64,000 nt of DNA from Dehalococcoidia bacterium (GCA_965216025.1 CBDCEX010000015.1:7063-71062), one strand, 5' to 3'. Shown: positions 1 through 9,207, counted from the first letter of the stretch. Translations and numbers: made by a program. Notes: a model not told the origin generated them from the letters alone.

Positions 1-1097
1 CGGAAACGATCACAAACAATAACCCTTGGCCTTCCCCATTCCTCTTGTATCGCGGCCCACACTTGCGCCACTGTAGGCACCTGTAGCCCCTCAGCAAGGC
101 GTAGAAGGCCAGAGTCCACCAACTTCCTGTAGGTGTTCGGGCTTACCCTATCGCGGCGTTCCTGCGCCGCCACGTCCGGCACACCCGGCGCAATGGCCAA
201 CGCTTCGGTGCGGCCCGATGGGAAGATGGCAACCGCAGCACTCCAACTGCGATTTTGGCCAAGGTCCAGGCCAACCAGCGGCCTACCGTCCCGCTCTGGC
301 ACCTCCCGCGCGCAAACCTGCTGCCAATCCTCTACCGTTAAAAGCATGGCGGCAGAATCAGCGGAAGGCAGGTTAAGGCGGAAGGATAGGAACCTAGCTT
401 TCAACCTTGTATCCCGCCATGCTTCGGCCCGTTCCTCTTTTAGCTTGTCCAGGAATTCCGAGCTTATCGCGGTCAAGGGGTTGCACCGCTTTATTTCTCT
501 CAGGTCTGCCCACTTGTCGGGCTTGCCAGTAAGCGATTGAACGTAGGTTTTGCCGCGCGAACCATCCGCTACCAGGTCGTGCCACCATCCATTTAGCGCC
601 GGTGCCAACGTGCCAATGAAAATCGCTTTCATTGGGCTTCCAGGTTTTCCGAGTGACGTAAGGATGGCGTTGGCCATCAACTCGCCCCCAACTACCTCCC
701 AACTTCCGGGTTCGTCTGCCACTAAAATTCTTGTGTTTACGATGCCCATTGCCGACTTACCGTTTGAGCTGATAACGCGTAGCTTCGTGGAAGATGCCTT
801 GTGAAGGATCGCCAGCCTTGTCACGCTGTCATTGAAACGGTAATCAGTGTTATCAACACCGCCCAACGCCGCAACCACGAACCTAAAGGCAAGCCTAGCC
901 TGTTCTATGCTACTGGCGCATAACAAGTATTCAGTACCAGGATAATGCAGCGGGTCGCCAGGTGTCATTCCGCGTGTGAGGATATGTGCTGCAAGAAAAG
1001 TTTTGCCGTTGCCTCTGGGCAAACTGAGACAGGCAACATCCACACCCGGAGCCAGCGCCCGCTTCAAAAATCGCTTCTGAAATGGCAGCAGGTCCAT
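1..1097 (-). CDS. phage terminase large subunit-like protein (element 1; 3' end lies beyond window edge)
   Basis: Reverse-strand frame is open from ATG 1097..1095 to position 1; it is missing from the ORF track because it is open at the edge. Hand translation: MDLLPFQKRFLKRAL..LSLPRGNGKTFLAAHIL (P-loop-like), ..NTRILVADEPGSWE (Walker B-like), ..GLDLGQNRSWSAAV (RNaseH-like nuclease start). Clear paralog of 9211..10743. Confidence 0.75.
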   Translation of the reverse strand, partial: MDLLPFQKRFLKRALAPGVDVACLSLPRGNGKTFLAAHILTRGMTPGDPLHYPGTEYLLCASSIEQARLAFRFVVAALGGVDNTDYRFNDSVTRLAILHKASSTKLRVISSNGKSAMGIVNTRILVADEPGSWEVVGGELMANAILTSLGKPGSPMKAIFIGTLAPALNGWWHDLVADGSRGKTYVQSLTGKPDKWADLREIKRCNPLTAISSEFLDKLKEERAEAWRDTRLKARFLSFRLNLPSADSAAMLLTVEDWQQVCAREVPERDGRPLVGLDLGQNRSWSAAVAIFPSGRTEALAIAPGVPDVAAQERRDRVSPNTYRKLVDSGLLRLAEGLQVPTVAQVWAAIQEEWGRPRVIVCDRF

Positions 1098-1156
1098 CAA
1101 AACACCTCTAACACTGAATAGCCCCACCTACGCCGATATACCCACCCAACCATCAT

Positions 1157-1390
1157 TTAACAGGGTTCCCTTGATTCATGATACTTAATATCATGATTTA
1201 GCCTAAGCACACGGTAACGGGTATAGGCATCTTGAGCGCCGCCGCCCTTGCTCCTGATTGCATCAAAGCACCTATCGCACACGCGCCATAGGACCGTGTT
1301 ACATCCATTACAACCCACCGCATTATTACCAAAGTCTGGGATTGGCTGCCCGCAGAAATCGCATACCGCCTCTTGCTTGTCTTGTGCCAT
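1157..1390 (-). CDS. small Cys-rich (zinc-ribbon-like) protein, element 1
   Basis: 77-aa ORF with CDFCG..CNGCN..CDRC cysteine pairs. Sits between the ATPase and terminase, like the small ORFs of element 2. Confidence 0.45.
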   Translation of the reverse strand: MAQDKQEAVCDFCGQPIPDFGNNAVGCNGCNTVLWRVCDRCFDAIRSKGGGAQDAYTRYRVLRLNHDIKYHESREPC

Positions 1391-1457
1391 TGGTCCACCT
1401 CCAACTATCCTATCTTCCCATTGTGCTGATTATATTTGTATCTGAAACGTCATTGTG

Positions 1458-1547
1458 TCTGTGTCCCCTTATAAGGGGGGGACACGGAACACGTTATAAC
1501 GCTGTGTGTCTGGGACACGCTGAGACACGTTGGGACACGGGACACGT
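1458..1547. repeat. iteron-like array, candidate replication origin of element 1
   Basis: Palindrome GTGTCCCC-TTATAA-GGGGGGACAC (1458-1484). GGGACAC(G) or close variants at 1478, 1512, 1522 (GAGACAC), 1532 and 1539, plus GGAACACG at 1487. Lies immediately 3' of the ATPase gene 1554..2828. Confidence 0.55.
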
Positions 1548-1553
1548 TGGCAT

Positions 1554-2828
1554 TTAATCTCCACCTTCTGCAACGTCTATTCCCTCCGGTGTGGCGAAAT
1601 ATAACCACGCCTTACCAGTCTTATATCGGTCCACTAATCCAGCTTTCATCAAATCCTCTAGGGCTATATCTGCTGTCTTGCCCTTGTGTTTAACCAGTGA
1701 CCTAACAGCCCGACTACCCGTTACGCCTTCACTTCCCATCTTGGCTATCTCAAAGAGTAGGCTATCGGCAACTTGGGCAGCGTCAATATCCTCTTTCTCA
1801 GGTGGGGTTATCTGATAGGCCAGCACCCCCTCAACATAGGTAGCGACGATGTTGCAGATAGGCTTATTCGGGCTAACCATTAGCTGTCCAGCCCTATCCT
1901 TGTGGTTGACCAATAGCAGCTTCCCACATTCCAGTTGATTCCAAGGTGTGCCAGTAACGAAGATAGCAGCACCCGTCATCTTTGACCGCTTATGCGTACT
2001 CCCAATAGCCCCTAGCGGCCTTTCCTCTTTACGCTTGGGAACATGGTCCAGCAGCAGCAGGGTAGCGCCTATGGATTCCCAAGGCTTGCAGAATTTATCG
2101 AACCAAGGCTTGACCGCGCCGCCGTCACTCGGACAGCCCGCAGATTCGCAAGAGTCTATTACTACCAACCCAGGCCGTTCACCTTTCATTAACCACGCTT
2201 GGGCATAGGGTAGGATGTTGATTTCTTCCTCAGTTTCATCTTCAAGGAAGCTGTCATTGACGAACCGCAAGGCGGGGTTCTCAATTAGATCATCAGCTCC
2301 AAGTGCTGCCAACCTGGTAGCAAGGGTAGCTTGCCTATCCTCAAAATCCCACCATAGGACGTTGGAGCCATTACGGACAGCACTAATAGCCGCCATGATC
2401 GCAACCCAAGTTTTGCCAACGCCAGGCTCGCCAAATACGCTATTGAGCTTGGATTCGTAAAGGATGGTGCGCCCATCATCACGAACCATAAGAGAAGGTA
2501 GGATAGGCGGGTCGGTAAGGGTTACAGGCTGTGCCATGCTGTCGAATGTTCCAGCCATTGCCGCCAGGGTAGCTTTCCGTTCCCTTTCGGAGTAGGTGAA
2601 GTCTAGGCGGTCCTGGTCGCCTTCAAACATAGCCGCGATGGTTTCGGGCTCCAGGTCGTCAATGGTCCAGGCTTGCTCAGGTAAGGCTTGGCCAACTGTG
2701 AGATACCTTTTGTTGTACTCTTGGCAGTCAACGCATGGGCAATCCTCATCGTGGAGAGACCCACCAATGAAAAGCCCTTCGTCGGTTTGACTAAGTAGGA
2801 TGCTTTGGTTTATATTTGTGGCGTTCAT
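1554..2828 (-). CDS. RecA-fold (AAA_25/RepA-like) replication ATPase with N-terminal Cys cluster and C-terminal wHTH-like tail
   Basis: 424-aa ORF. Walker A FGEPGVGKTW, Walker B LVVIDSCES, LLLLDHVPKRK and NHKDRAGQ motifs typical of RecA-family AAA_25 proteins. N-terminal DEDCPCVDCQ. About 45% identical by eye to 7432..8352. Confidence 0.7.
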   Translation of the reverse strand: MNATNINQSILLSQTDEGLFIGGSLHDEDCPCVDCQEYNKRYLTVGQALPEQAWTIDDLEPETIAAMFEGDQDRLDFTYSERERKATLAAMAGTFDSMAQPVTLTDPPILPSLMVRDDGRTILYESKLNSVFGEPGVGKTWVAIMAAISAVRNGSNVLWWDFEDRQATLATRLAALGADDLIENPALRFVNDSFLEDETEEEINILPYAQAWLMKGERPGLVVIDSCESAGCPSDGGAVKPWFDKFCKPWESIGATLLLLDHVPKRKEERPLGAIGSTHKRSKMTGAAIFVTGTPWNQLECGKLLLVNHKDRAGQLMVSPNKPICNIVATYVEGVLAYQITPPEKEDIDAAQVADSLLFEIAKMGSEGVTGSRAVRSLVKHKGKTADIALEDLMKAGLVDRYKTGKAWLYFATPEGIDVAEGGD

Positions 2829-2886
2829 TATCTCCTCAGCGTTAGATTGCCCGCCGGCTTGGACGAATCGGCGGGTTTTCTTTTGT

Positions 2887-3102
2887 TTATCTGCATTTCA
2901 GTTGCTTCCATCCATCCTCCCGTTGGTGTCTTAGCAACCGGCCAGTGTGGTCATTTTGGCGAGTCCTATTCATCCTGGATACGCAATATTCCCCAACTCC
3001 CACACCGCACGTTGGGCAGGGTCGTGGGTATTTCTCCAACAGTTCCAATAGCCGCCTTGCTTTTGTTAGTGGCAACATCGTATTCCAAGCCATCAATTCC
3101 AC
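2887..3102 (-). CDS. small zinc-ribbon-like protein
   Basis: 71-aa ORF with CPTCG..EYC. Overlaps the upstream ORF by 10 nt, an operon-like arrangement. Confidence 0.35.
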   Translation of the reverse strand: MELMAWNTMLPLTKARRLLELLEKYPRPCPTCGVGVGEYCVSRMNRTRQNDHTGRLLRHQREDGWKQLKCR

Positions 3103-3410
3103 CCCAGCTTTTCAGATTCTCCGGTCAGTAACTCCCGCGCCAGGTCACGGCTAAGGCCAGGGTGCCAACCATCCCGTTCCATGCGCTCCCTGGTCTTGAC
3201 TTCCACCAACTCCCGCACCTTGTCGGCAACGTATTTCTTTTGCATACCCGCCGCTGTTGCCATTTGGCATATTGCCGCCGAGAAGGTCAGCCCTTCCTCT
3301 TGCACCACGGCGTTGACTGCCGCCAGTGTTACCGGGTCCACCCCTACTAAGATTTTTACCATTTCAACTTTGCTCCTACGCCGTTGCTTCACTGCCATAA
3401 ATACCTCCAA
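3093..3410 (-). CDS. hypothetical (possible regulatory) protein, first gene of the leftward operon of element 1
   Basis: 105-aa ORF divergent from the integrase. No motif recognised. Confidence 0.4.
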   Translation of the reverse strand: MEVFMAVKQRRRSKVEMVKILVGVDPVTLAAVNAVVQEEGLTFSAAICQMATAAGMQKKYVADKVRELVEVKTRERMERDGWHPGLSRDLARELLTGESEKLGWN

Positions 3411-3491
3411 AATTGGGATATAACTAATTCTATCAGGCTAAAATGTCCTATGCCAAACAAAACGCCAGACACCAAAAATGTCTATGCGACT

Positions 3492-3641
3492 GGTGGTATC
3501 AGGTGGTAAGGTACTGTCCTATGTACCTACACAGATACAACTACCGGATACCTCCAGAGTACTTTTTACCACATTTTCCATTGACTTCCGTTACACTGCG
3601 GTCTATACTCCCTTTAACCCGGTGGTAAATCGCTGGTGGTA
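3492..3641. promoter_or_regulatory. four GGTGGTA(A/T) direct repeats in the divergent int/regulator intergenic region
   Basis: GGTGGTA at 3492, 3502, 3621 and 3635. The last pair lies just upstream of the int RBS (AAGGGGG) and ATG 3655. Candidate operator or arm-type sites. Confidence 0.3.
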
Positions 3642-3654
3642 AAAGGGGGTAAAA

Positions 3655-4884
3655 ATGAGCAAGCTAACCAATGCAGCAATCAAGGGACTGGACAAGCCGG
3701 GGCGGTATGGGGACGGCGGCGGGCTATACTTGAACGTCGCGCCCGGAGGTTCAAAGTCTTGGATTCAACGAATCAGGATTGACGGCAACCGGACTGACAA
3801 GGGATTGGGCGGGTATCCCGCCATGACTCTTACCAAAGCACGGCAACAGGCAGACGCTAACCGCATAGTGGTTAAAGCGGGCCGCAATCCCTGGACTGAA
3901 AAGCGCATGGCCTCACCCGCGCTGGCTGCACCAGTGGCCGACATTCCGACACTACGGGAAGCCACATACACAGTCCACAACCTCAATGCACCTTCACGTC
4001 CGGCGAGTGCTGCCCGATGGATTGGGCAGCTGGAAAAGCACATCCTTGCCAGTGTTGGCGATACTCCCATTGACGAATTCACCCGCGCGAACTTGGCAGA
4101 GATCATCGGGCCGTTGCGCCAATCAAACCACGAAACATCGCGGAAGGTTAAGCAGGCGCTCCATGACGTTTTCCGCTGGAGCGTAGCAATGGGGCATATC
4201 GCAACTAACCCTGCTGATGATGCCTTGGAAATCCTGTTGCCCAAGGTCCGGAAGGAAGTGACTCACCATCTGGCTTTGCCCCATGGGGAAGTCCGGCGGG
4301 CAGTCCACATGGTCAAGTCCAGTGAGGCACGGCTGGCGACACGTCTACTGCTCCAGTTCATTATCCTAACGGCTGCCCGTGCTGGTGAGGCAAGGCTGTC
4401 AACGTGGGGTGAAATTGACCTGGACGGCGCAACGTGGACGGTCCCGGCTTCCCGAATGAAAAACAACCGCGAACACGTCGTACCTTTGTCGGCGCAAGCC
4501 GCCGGAATACTGAGGCGGGCCAAAGAACTTTACCGCGATCCCGACGAAGAATTTGAATGGACGGTAGATGTTCAACCGGACTGGTGGATATTCCCGAATC
4601 CCAACAACGGCAAGCCTATCTCCGATGCCCTGGCGCAACGGCTGGACAAAGACGGCATACCTTCCACAATGCACGGCTTCAGAACTTCGTTCAGGACGTG
4701 GGCGGCTGAGACCTATGGCGATGATTGGGATACGGCGGCTGAAATGTGCCTCTCTCACTACCCTACCGATGCGGTAGTCAAGGCATACCAGCGGAGCGGC
4801 TTGGTGGATAAGCGCCGGGGACTGTTGGCAGCGTGGGCAGACTACGTTGACCCTGTAGCTTCCGTTGAACCGCCGTTCTCATAG
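3655..4884 (+). CDS. int: tyrosine recombinase, P4-type integrase
   Basis: 409 aa. N-terminal GLYLNVAPGGSKSWIQRIRIDG (DUF4102-type arm-binding domain). C-terminal catalytic region ARAGEA..., HGFRTSFRTWAAE, LSHYPTDAVVKAYQR (catalytic Tyr). Confidence 0.9.
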   Translation: MSKLTNAAIKGLDKPGRYGDGGGLYLNVAPGGSKSWIQRIRIDGNRTDKGLGGYPAMTLTKARQQADANRIVVKAGRNPWTEKRMASPALAAPVADIPTLREATYTVHNLNAPSRPASAARWIGQLEKHILASVGDTPIDEFTRANLAEIIGPLRQSNHETSRKVKQALHDVFRWSVAMGHIATNPADDALEILLPKVRKEVTHHLALPHGEVRRAVHMVKSSEARLATRLLLQFIILTAARAGEARLSTWGEIDLDGATWTVPASRMKNNREHVVPLSAQAAGILRRAKELYRDPDEEFEWTVDVQPDWWIFPNPNNGKPISDALAQRLDKDGIPSTMHGFRTSFRTWAAETYGDDWDTAAEMCLSHYPTDAVVKAYQRSGLVDKRRGLLAAWADYVDPVASVEPPFS

Positions 4885-4893
4885 AATAGAGGA

Positions 4894-4917
4894 AGTCCAG
4901 TTTTCCTTTTCTGGACT
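4894..4917 (+). terminator. hairpin after int
   Basis: AGTCCAG-N10-CTGGACT located 10 nt after the int stop. Confidence 0.4.
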
Positions 4918-5004
4918 ACCTCCTCTAAGGCCCTACTGTGCCCGCAGTGGGGCCTTTACTGTTGCAACCTTATTGTAGCAAGCTAATTTATGGAGGGTTG
5001 AACA

Positions 5005-5226
5005 ATGGTAAGGCACACGGTAGCACTCCGCCCGGTGGCGTTTCAGAAGCTACAGAACTTGACCGAGGAGCTGAGCAGGTAAGCGGGCTGGAAACTGTCT
5101 ATGGCGCAGGTGGTGGAAATGGCGATTGATCAAGTCGAAAGGATAGAAGCCATGAAAGACGAAGACGACATAGTTGGCTACAGGGAGAAAGAAGAGCAGC
5201 AAAGGAAAAGCTATCAAGGGCACTAG
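5005..5226 (+). pseudogene. ribbon-helix-helix (CopG/Arc-like) protein with an in-frame TAA
   Basis: GGAGGG RBS 7 nt before ATG 5005. MVRHTVALRPVAFQKLQNLTEELSR, then TAA (5080-5082), then AGWKLSMAQVVEMAIDQVERIE..., all in one frame. Beta-strand/helix/helix pattern of RHH proteins. Confidence 0.45.
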
Positions 5227-5664
5227 AACAGAAAGCCGGGCGCACCAACGCCCGGCAATCTAAACCAATAAGGAGCATCATGGGTAGTATAACGCCGAAG
5301 TGCATCTATTGTCAATTGGTGCGGAAATCGTTTGGCGGCGATCCCTGCCAATGCCCCAAAGCCATCGCAGCGCTGGGTCCGGTGCTGCTCTGCGAAGAAT
5401 GTAACCAACCGACCTATATGGGAAACGGTAACCCCCGGACTGAAATCTACGGCGGCGGTCCAGCGTGGGAACATTGCAATTGTGCGGGAGCTAAAGCCAG
5501 GGTTGAGGCCAAGAACGCCGCACAAGCCAAGCAATGGGCAGAATTTGAGGCCAAGAAAAAGGAAGAATCTGACAAAGAGGATGCTGCACGGCGCGCAGAC
5601 TGGGCCAAGATGACGCGGCAGTTTGCCAAGGAACAGGCCATCGTCAATGATGATGCGGGCCTAG

Positions 5665-7116
5665 TACTACAACGACGAGTTGTCTGGTAGGATGGCTGGA
5701 CAGATGATGTTGGGTGGTTTGAGTGATGGATGCGGCGAGCTTCGAGCGGGTCTACGACAGCCTTCAGGAATTCCACGCCTTCTTTGCGGCCTCCTTCGGC
5801 CGCAAGCAGTGGCGGGATCACAGCGGGAATTACCTTCAGGCGCTGCTGGTGCAGGACCAGGAGCGGCGCAACGCCGAGAATCTCTCGGAATCGGTGGGCA
5901 TCTCGGCCCGGGCGATGCAGCGCTTTCTCACCGAGGCCCGGTGGTCCGATGAGACAGTCATAGGGCGGTTGCAGGAATACTTGGCCCCCAGGCTGGGACA
6001 CCCGGAGGCGGTGTGGGTGTTCGATGGCAGCGACTTCCCCAAGCAGGGCAGGAAATCGGCGGGAGTGGCCCGGCAGTACTGCGGCAGGCTGGGCAAGGTG
6101 GCCAACTGCCAGGGTGGGATGTTCCTGGCCTACGTCAGCCCGCTGGGCCGGGCGTTGGTGGACAAGCGGCTGTATCTGCCCAAGAGTTGGACCTCCGACC
6201 AGGACCGGTGTGCTGCGGCGGGTGTGCCGGAGGACCGGCGGAACTACCGGTCAAAGACGGAGTTGGCCCTGGAGATGCTGGAGCGGGTCCTGGAGTTGGG
6301 CTACCTCAGGGCCGAGTGGGTTGCCGGAGACGACGCCTTCGGGATGTCGCCGACCTTCCGGGAGGGACTGGCGGCCCTGGGGATGCGCTACGTGCTGGAC
6401 GTTCCGGGCGGCACTACGGTCTGGCCCTTGGACCCGGCTTGGACCAGTCCGGAATATCCGGGGTTCGGCCGCCCCCGCAAACCCAAGCTGCGGCCTGGGC
6501 AGCGGCGGACCATGGAGCAGCGCGGTGATGAACTGCCGGATGAGGCTTGGCGGGAGATAACGGTGGCCCAGGGAAGCCAGGGGCCGCGCACCTACCGGTT
6601 CAGTGCCCAGCGGGTGCGGGCCACCAGGAGGCGCAAGCCCGGCGAGGAACTGTGGGCCGTCTGGCGCCGGAACCTGGACGGCAGCGAGCCCCGCTACTAC
6701 CTGTCCAACGCTCCCGAGGGCACAACCTTGGAGACTCTGGCCTACGTGGGTGGGTCCAGGTGGCGCATTGAAACGGAGTTCGAGACTGAGAAGGGTGACG
6801 TGGGGCTGGACGAATACGAGACCCGCAGCTGGGCAGGGTGGCATCACCACATAGCCATGTGCCTGCTGGGTGGGGCGTTCCTGCTGAGCCTGCAGCAGGA
6901 TTGGGGGGAAAAAGATGCCCCGGATCACGAGGCCACAGGTGTACCGGGTGGTGCGGGAGATGCTGCCCCGGGAGCAGTTCGGGCCCGATCAATTGCTGTT
7001 GTGGCTGGAGGATACGCAGCTACGCAACGAACGGGCTCGCCGTTCCCACGAGAGACGCCGCTCCACCCGCCGCGAAAGCAGGATGGAGCCGCCACCTTAA
7101 ACCCGTCGTTGTAGTA
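5665..7116 (+). mobile_element. IS701-family insertion sequence
   Basis: Terminal inverted repeats (G)TACTACAACGACG at 5665 and 7104-7116. CTAG on both sides (5661-5664 and 7117-7120). Carries a DDE transposase. Confidence 0.85.
5723..7114 (+). CDS. IS701-family DDE transposase (C-terminal ~60 aa out of frame)
   Basis: RWRIETEFETEKGDVGLDEYETRSWAGWHHHIAM is typical of the IS701/IS4 superfamily. After the G6A5 run at ~6903-6913 the family-like tail KKMPRITRPQVYRVVREML..RNERARRSHERRR continues in the +1 frame (ORF 6915..7100). Confidence 0.8.
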   Translation: MMDAASFERVYDSLQEFHAFFAASFGRKQWRDHSGNYLQALLVQDQERRNAENLSESVGISARAMQRFLTEARWSDETVIGRLQEYLAPRLGHPEAVWVFDGSDFPKQGRKSAGVARQYCGRLGKVANCQGGMFLAYVSPLGRALVDKRLYLPKSWTSDQDRCAAAGVPEDRRNYRSKTELALEMLERVLELGYLRAEWVAGDDAFGMSPTFREGLAALGMRYVLDVPGGTTVWPLDPAWTSPEYPGFGRPRKPKLRPGQRRTMEQRGDELPDEAWREITVAQGSQGPRTYRFSAQRVRATRRRKPGEELWAVWRRNLDGSEPRYYLSNAPEGTTLETLAYVGGSRWRIETEFETEKGDVGLDEYETRSWAGWHHHIAMCLLGGAFLLSLQQDWGEKDAPDHEATGVPGGAGDAAPGAVRARSIAVVAGGYAATQRTGSPFPRETPLHPPRKQDGAATLNPSL

Positions 7117-7120
7117 CTAG

Positions 7121-7290
7121 AAGTCTGGCCGGAAAGCCATTGGCCGGGTTTTGCGCTACGCGAAGCAGACGTATTCAAGACTTATATGGCATGGTGGTGC
7201 ATGTAATACGTTGCAACACCCACTATGCCATCGATAATCGACGTTAAGAAAACGCTGGCCTAGGGGGAATCGAGGTTTCCGGCCAGACTT
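7121..7290. mobile_element. 170-bp MITE-like element, copy 1
   Basis: Perfect 19-bp terminal inverted repeat CTAGAAGTCTGGCCGGAAA, counted with the flanking CTAG. Flanked by CTAG at 7117-7120 and 7291-7294. Second copy at 42788..42958. Confidence 0.6.
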
Positions 7291-8356
7291 CTAGCAGGCC
7301 GTGAGCGGCTCCTTAAGGGCCGTGAACTCTCCCGCAGGGAACAACGCCAAGACGACTACGACACCCCACCCCAAGACGACCACACGACCGCCGAGGGCCA
7401 GACCTTTACCGACTTCACGAAGGAAGTAACATTGCTGGGTGTGGACCGACTCCCAGCGGCGTTTGTGCGCTCGGACTGGGCAACGTTGGCATACGAGGGC
7501 AAGTTTAATACCATCTTCGGGGAGGTTGGGTCAGGCAAGACGTGGGTTGCGCTAATGATGGCTATCGAGCGCCTACACGCTGGCCGACACGTGATTTGGT
7601 GGGATACCGAGGACCAGCCATCCACTCTAGCAAGACGCCTCCAAGTCCTGCGGGCTACCGACTTGATCGGTCACCCTGCCTTGAAATGGACTAACGGCGA
7701 CTTTCAAGACAACCCGGCGATAATGGCCGAGGCGCTAGAAGGGCTGGGCAGCGGCAACGGGCCGGGGCTGGTGGTGATTGATTCTGCAACGTCGTTCGGC
7801 TGCCCCAGCGACGGCGGCAACGTAGCCGCTTGGCTGAAAGCCTTTATTGACCCGTGGGAGAACGCGGGCCATTCCGTGGAACTCTTGGATCACGTACCGA
7901 AGCAAAGGAAAGATAGGCCGCGTGGTGGAATAGGCAGCCAGGCTAAGTTGGCCAGAGTAGACGGGTCAGCGCTCTACCTTCACGGCAACCCTTGGAACGC
8001 CACCGAGGGCGGGTATATCCACATGCAAATTCATAAGGATAGGCATGGGCAGCTACCCGCTACACTGATGGGAGCAGCAGCCACTATTACCGCTGAATGG
8101 GATGGGCCTACCCTTGACTATACAGTGGGCCTACCCAATGCTAAGGCTGAGGCTGAGAACTTGGAAGATGAACTGATGGACGCATTGGATCAGGCAGGCC
8201 CAGATGGGGTGCGGGGTGGCCGTGCTGTCCGCGATCTGCTGAAGGGCAAGCGGGCCAAGGATATAGACGCTGCCCGTGAAGAACTGCTGAGCTCTGGTAT
8301 GATTGAGCGGGTGAAAGAGGGTAAGGCATATGTCTATCGATTCGTTGGATGAGTTG

Positions 8357-8475
8357 ACGTTCATTGACGTTTGGGACCACTTGGGACACGCAAACGTCAA
8401 TGAACGTTTGCTGTTTCACCCCTAAGGGGTGAAACACAAACAACAACACGTACAGATACGATTAGGGCGGGACAC
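8357..8475. repeat. palindromes plus GGGAC(C)AC motifs 3' of ATPase 2; candidate origin or terminator region of element 2
   Basis: Perfect 17-bp inverted repeat ACGTTCATTGACGTTTG (8357-8373 / 8391-8407). Its loop holds GGGACCAC and GGGACACG. Second palindrome GTTTCACCC-CTAA-GGGGTGAAAC (8413-8435). GGGACAC again at 8469. Confidence 0.5.
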
Positions 8476-8514
8476 GGTAATCAAGGTGAAAATTGAAGGA
8501 TAGGAGATGATGGA

Positions 8515-8829
8515 ATGGCAGAAGAGCGAAACGGCGTAGTCTTGTTAGAGGACGTGGAACGCAACGGCCAGATCGCGGTGACGGGCTGGCGGGTATTCTT
8601 TTGGCTCTCTGGTGGACAGGATGATATGCGCGAGGCATTAATTAAAGCTGAGTTTAAAGCTGAGTCTAAGGAGCTGACTGAAAGGCGGGTAGGGGCCTAT
8701 GTCCAGCCTTTCCACGTTGAACAGCCTACCGCCTGGGGCGTGAGGCCGTACTACTATCTGCCAAACAAATCCCAAGATGAAACGAGCGAAGCCCTGCTGA
8801 GCGCCGGGTTTTCCGTGTGCTTTCCGTGA
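8515..8829 (+). CDS. hypothetical protein, element 2
   Basis: 104-aa ORF with AGGAG upstream. No motif recognised. Confidence 0.4.
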   Translation: MAEERNGVVLLEDVERNGQIAVTGWRVFFWLSGGQDDMREALIKAEFKAESKELTERRVGAYVQPFHVEQPTAWGVRPYYYLPNKSQDETSEALLSAGFSVCFP

Positions 8830-8952
8830 TTCACAAAGGGAACCCTGCTGTAGGATCGTGGTGGGGCGAGGGTGATATGGCACCATCGGATTCCGCTAGG
8901 GTGGCGTATAGCGCAGAGGGAGTGACACGTTACGCAGAGAGGAGAGAAGGAC

Positions 8953-9207
8953 ATGAAGTACCTGCTGAATAACAACACGGTCAACGAGAAACTGACGAAC
9001 GGGAGCGTGGACTTGGAGAAAGCCGCGACGGGGCGGGATGAGGTGCTAAGTGCGCTCGATGCAATCATGCCATGCCTACCCGGCTCTGCACCGCTCAAAG
9101 TTGAGTACGGCAAGATTAAGAGTGCTGCTAGGTGCGTTCGTATCGCGAACGGTCGTCTTAGTGAGATTCTAAAACTGCTCCCGGAGGAAGCCTTGAGGAA
9201 GCGGTAG
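8953..9207 (+). CDS. hypothetical protein immediately upstream of terminase (position suggests small terminase subunit)
   Basis: 84-aa ORF ending 4 nt before the terminase start. The function is guessed from position only. Confidence 0.35.
   Translation: MKYLLNNNTVNEKLTNGSVDLEKAATGRDEVLSALDAIMPCLPGSAPLKVEYGKIKSAARCVRIANGRLSEILKLLPEEALRKR

Larger units (their letters stand above)
5280..8352 (+). pseudogene. Zn-finger + RecA-fold replication ATPase of element 2, split by nested IS701 and MITE insertions
   Basis: 5280..5664 encodes a Cys-rich N-terminal part (CIYC..CQC..CEEC). 7294..8352 encodes FGEVGSGKTW, LVVIDSATS, LLDHVPKQRK. Deleting 5665..7294 joins ..DDAGL to AGRERLL.. in frame (codon phase checked by hand), giving about 480 aa. 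Confidence 0.7.

Noticed and set aside
4885-5004. A tRNA gene or tRNA 3' fragment next to the P4-type integrase as the attachment site
   Set aside because: I could not find a cloverleaf or a GGTTCGAATCC-like T-arm by eye here or elsewhere in the window. Only simple hairpins are present. A tRNAscan-type search would be decisive.
5447-7206. Many long ORFs on both strands inside the IS701 element (e.g. 6251..6928 -, 6013..6528 +, 6024..6560 +)
   Set aside because: These are shadow ORFs typical of very GC-rich coding sequence. Only the 5723.. frame (plus its +1 tail 6915..7100) shows transposase motifs.
7117-7206. The MITE read as a coding C-terminal extension (..LEVWPESHWPGFALREADVFKTYMAWWCM) of ORF 5280
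   Set aside because: In the second copy the same frame stops after 20 codons and the differences are not codon-patterned. The terminal inverted repeats and CTAG flanks argue for a non-coding mobile or structured element.
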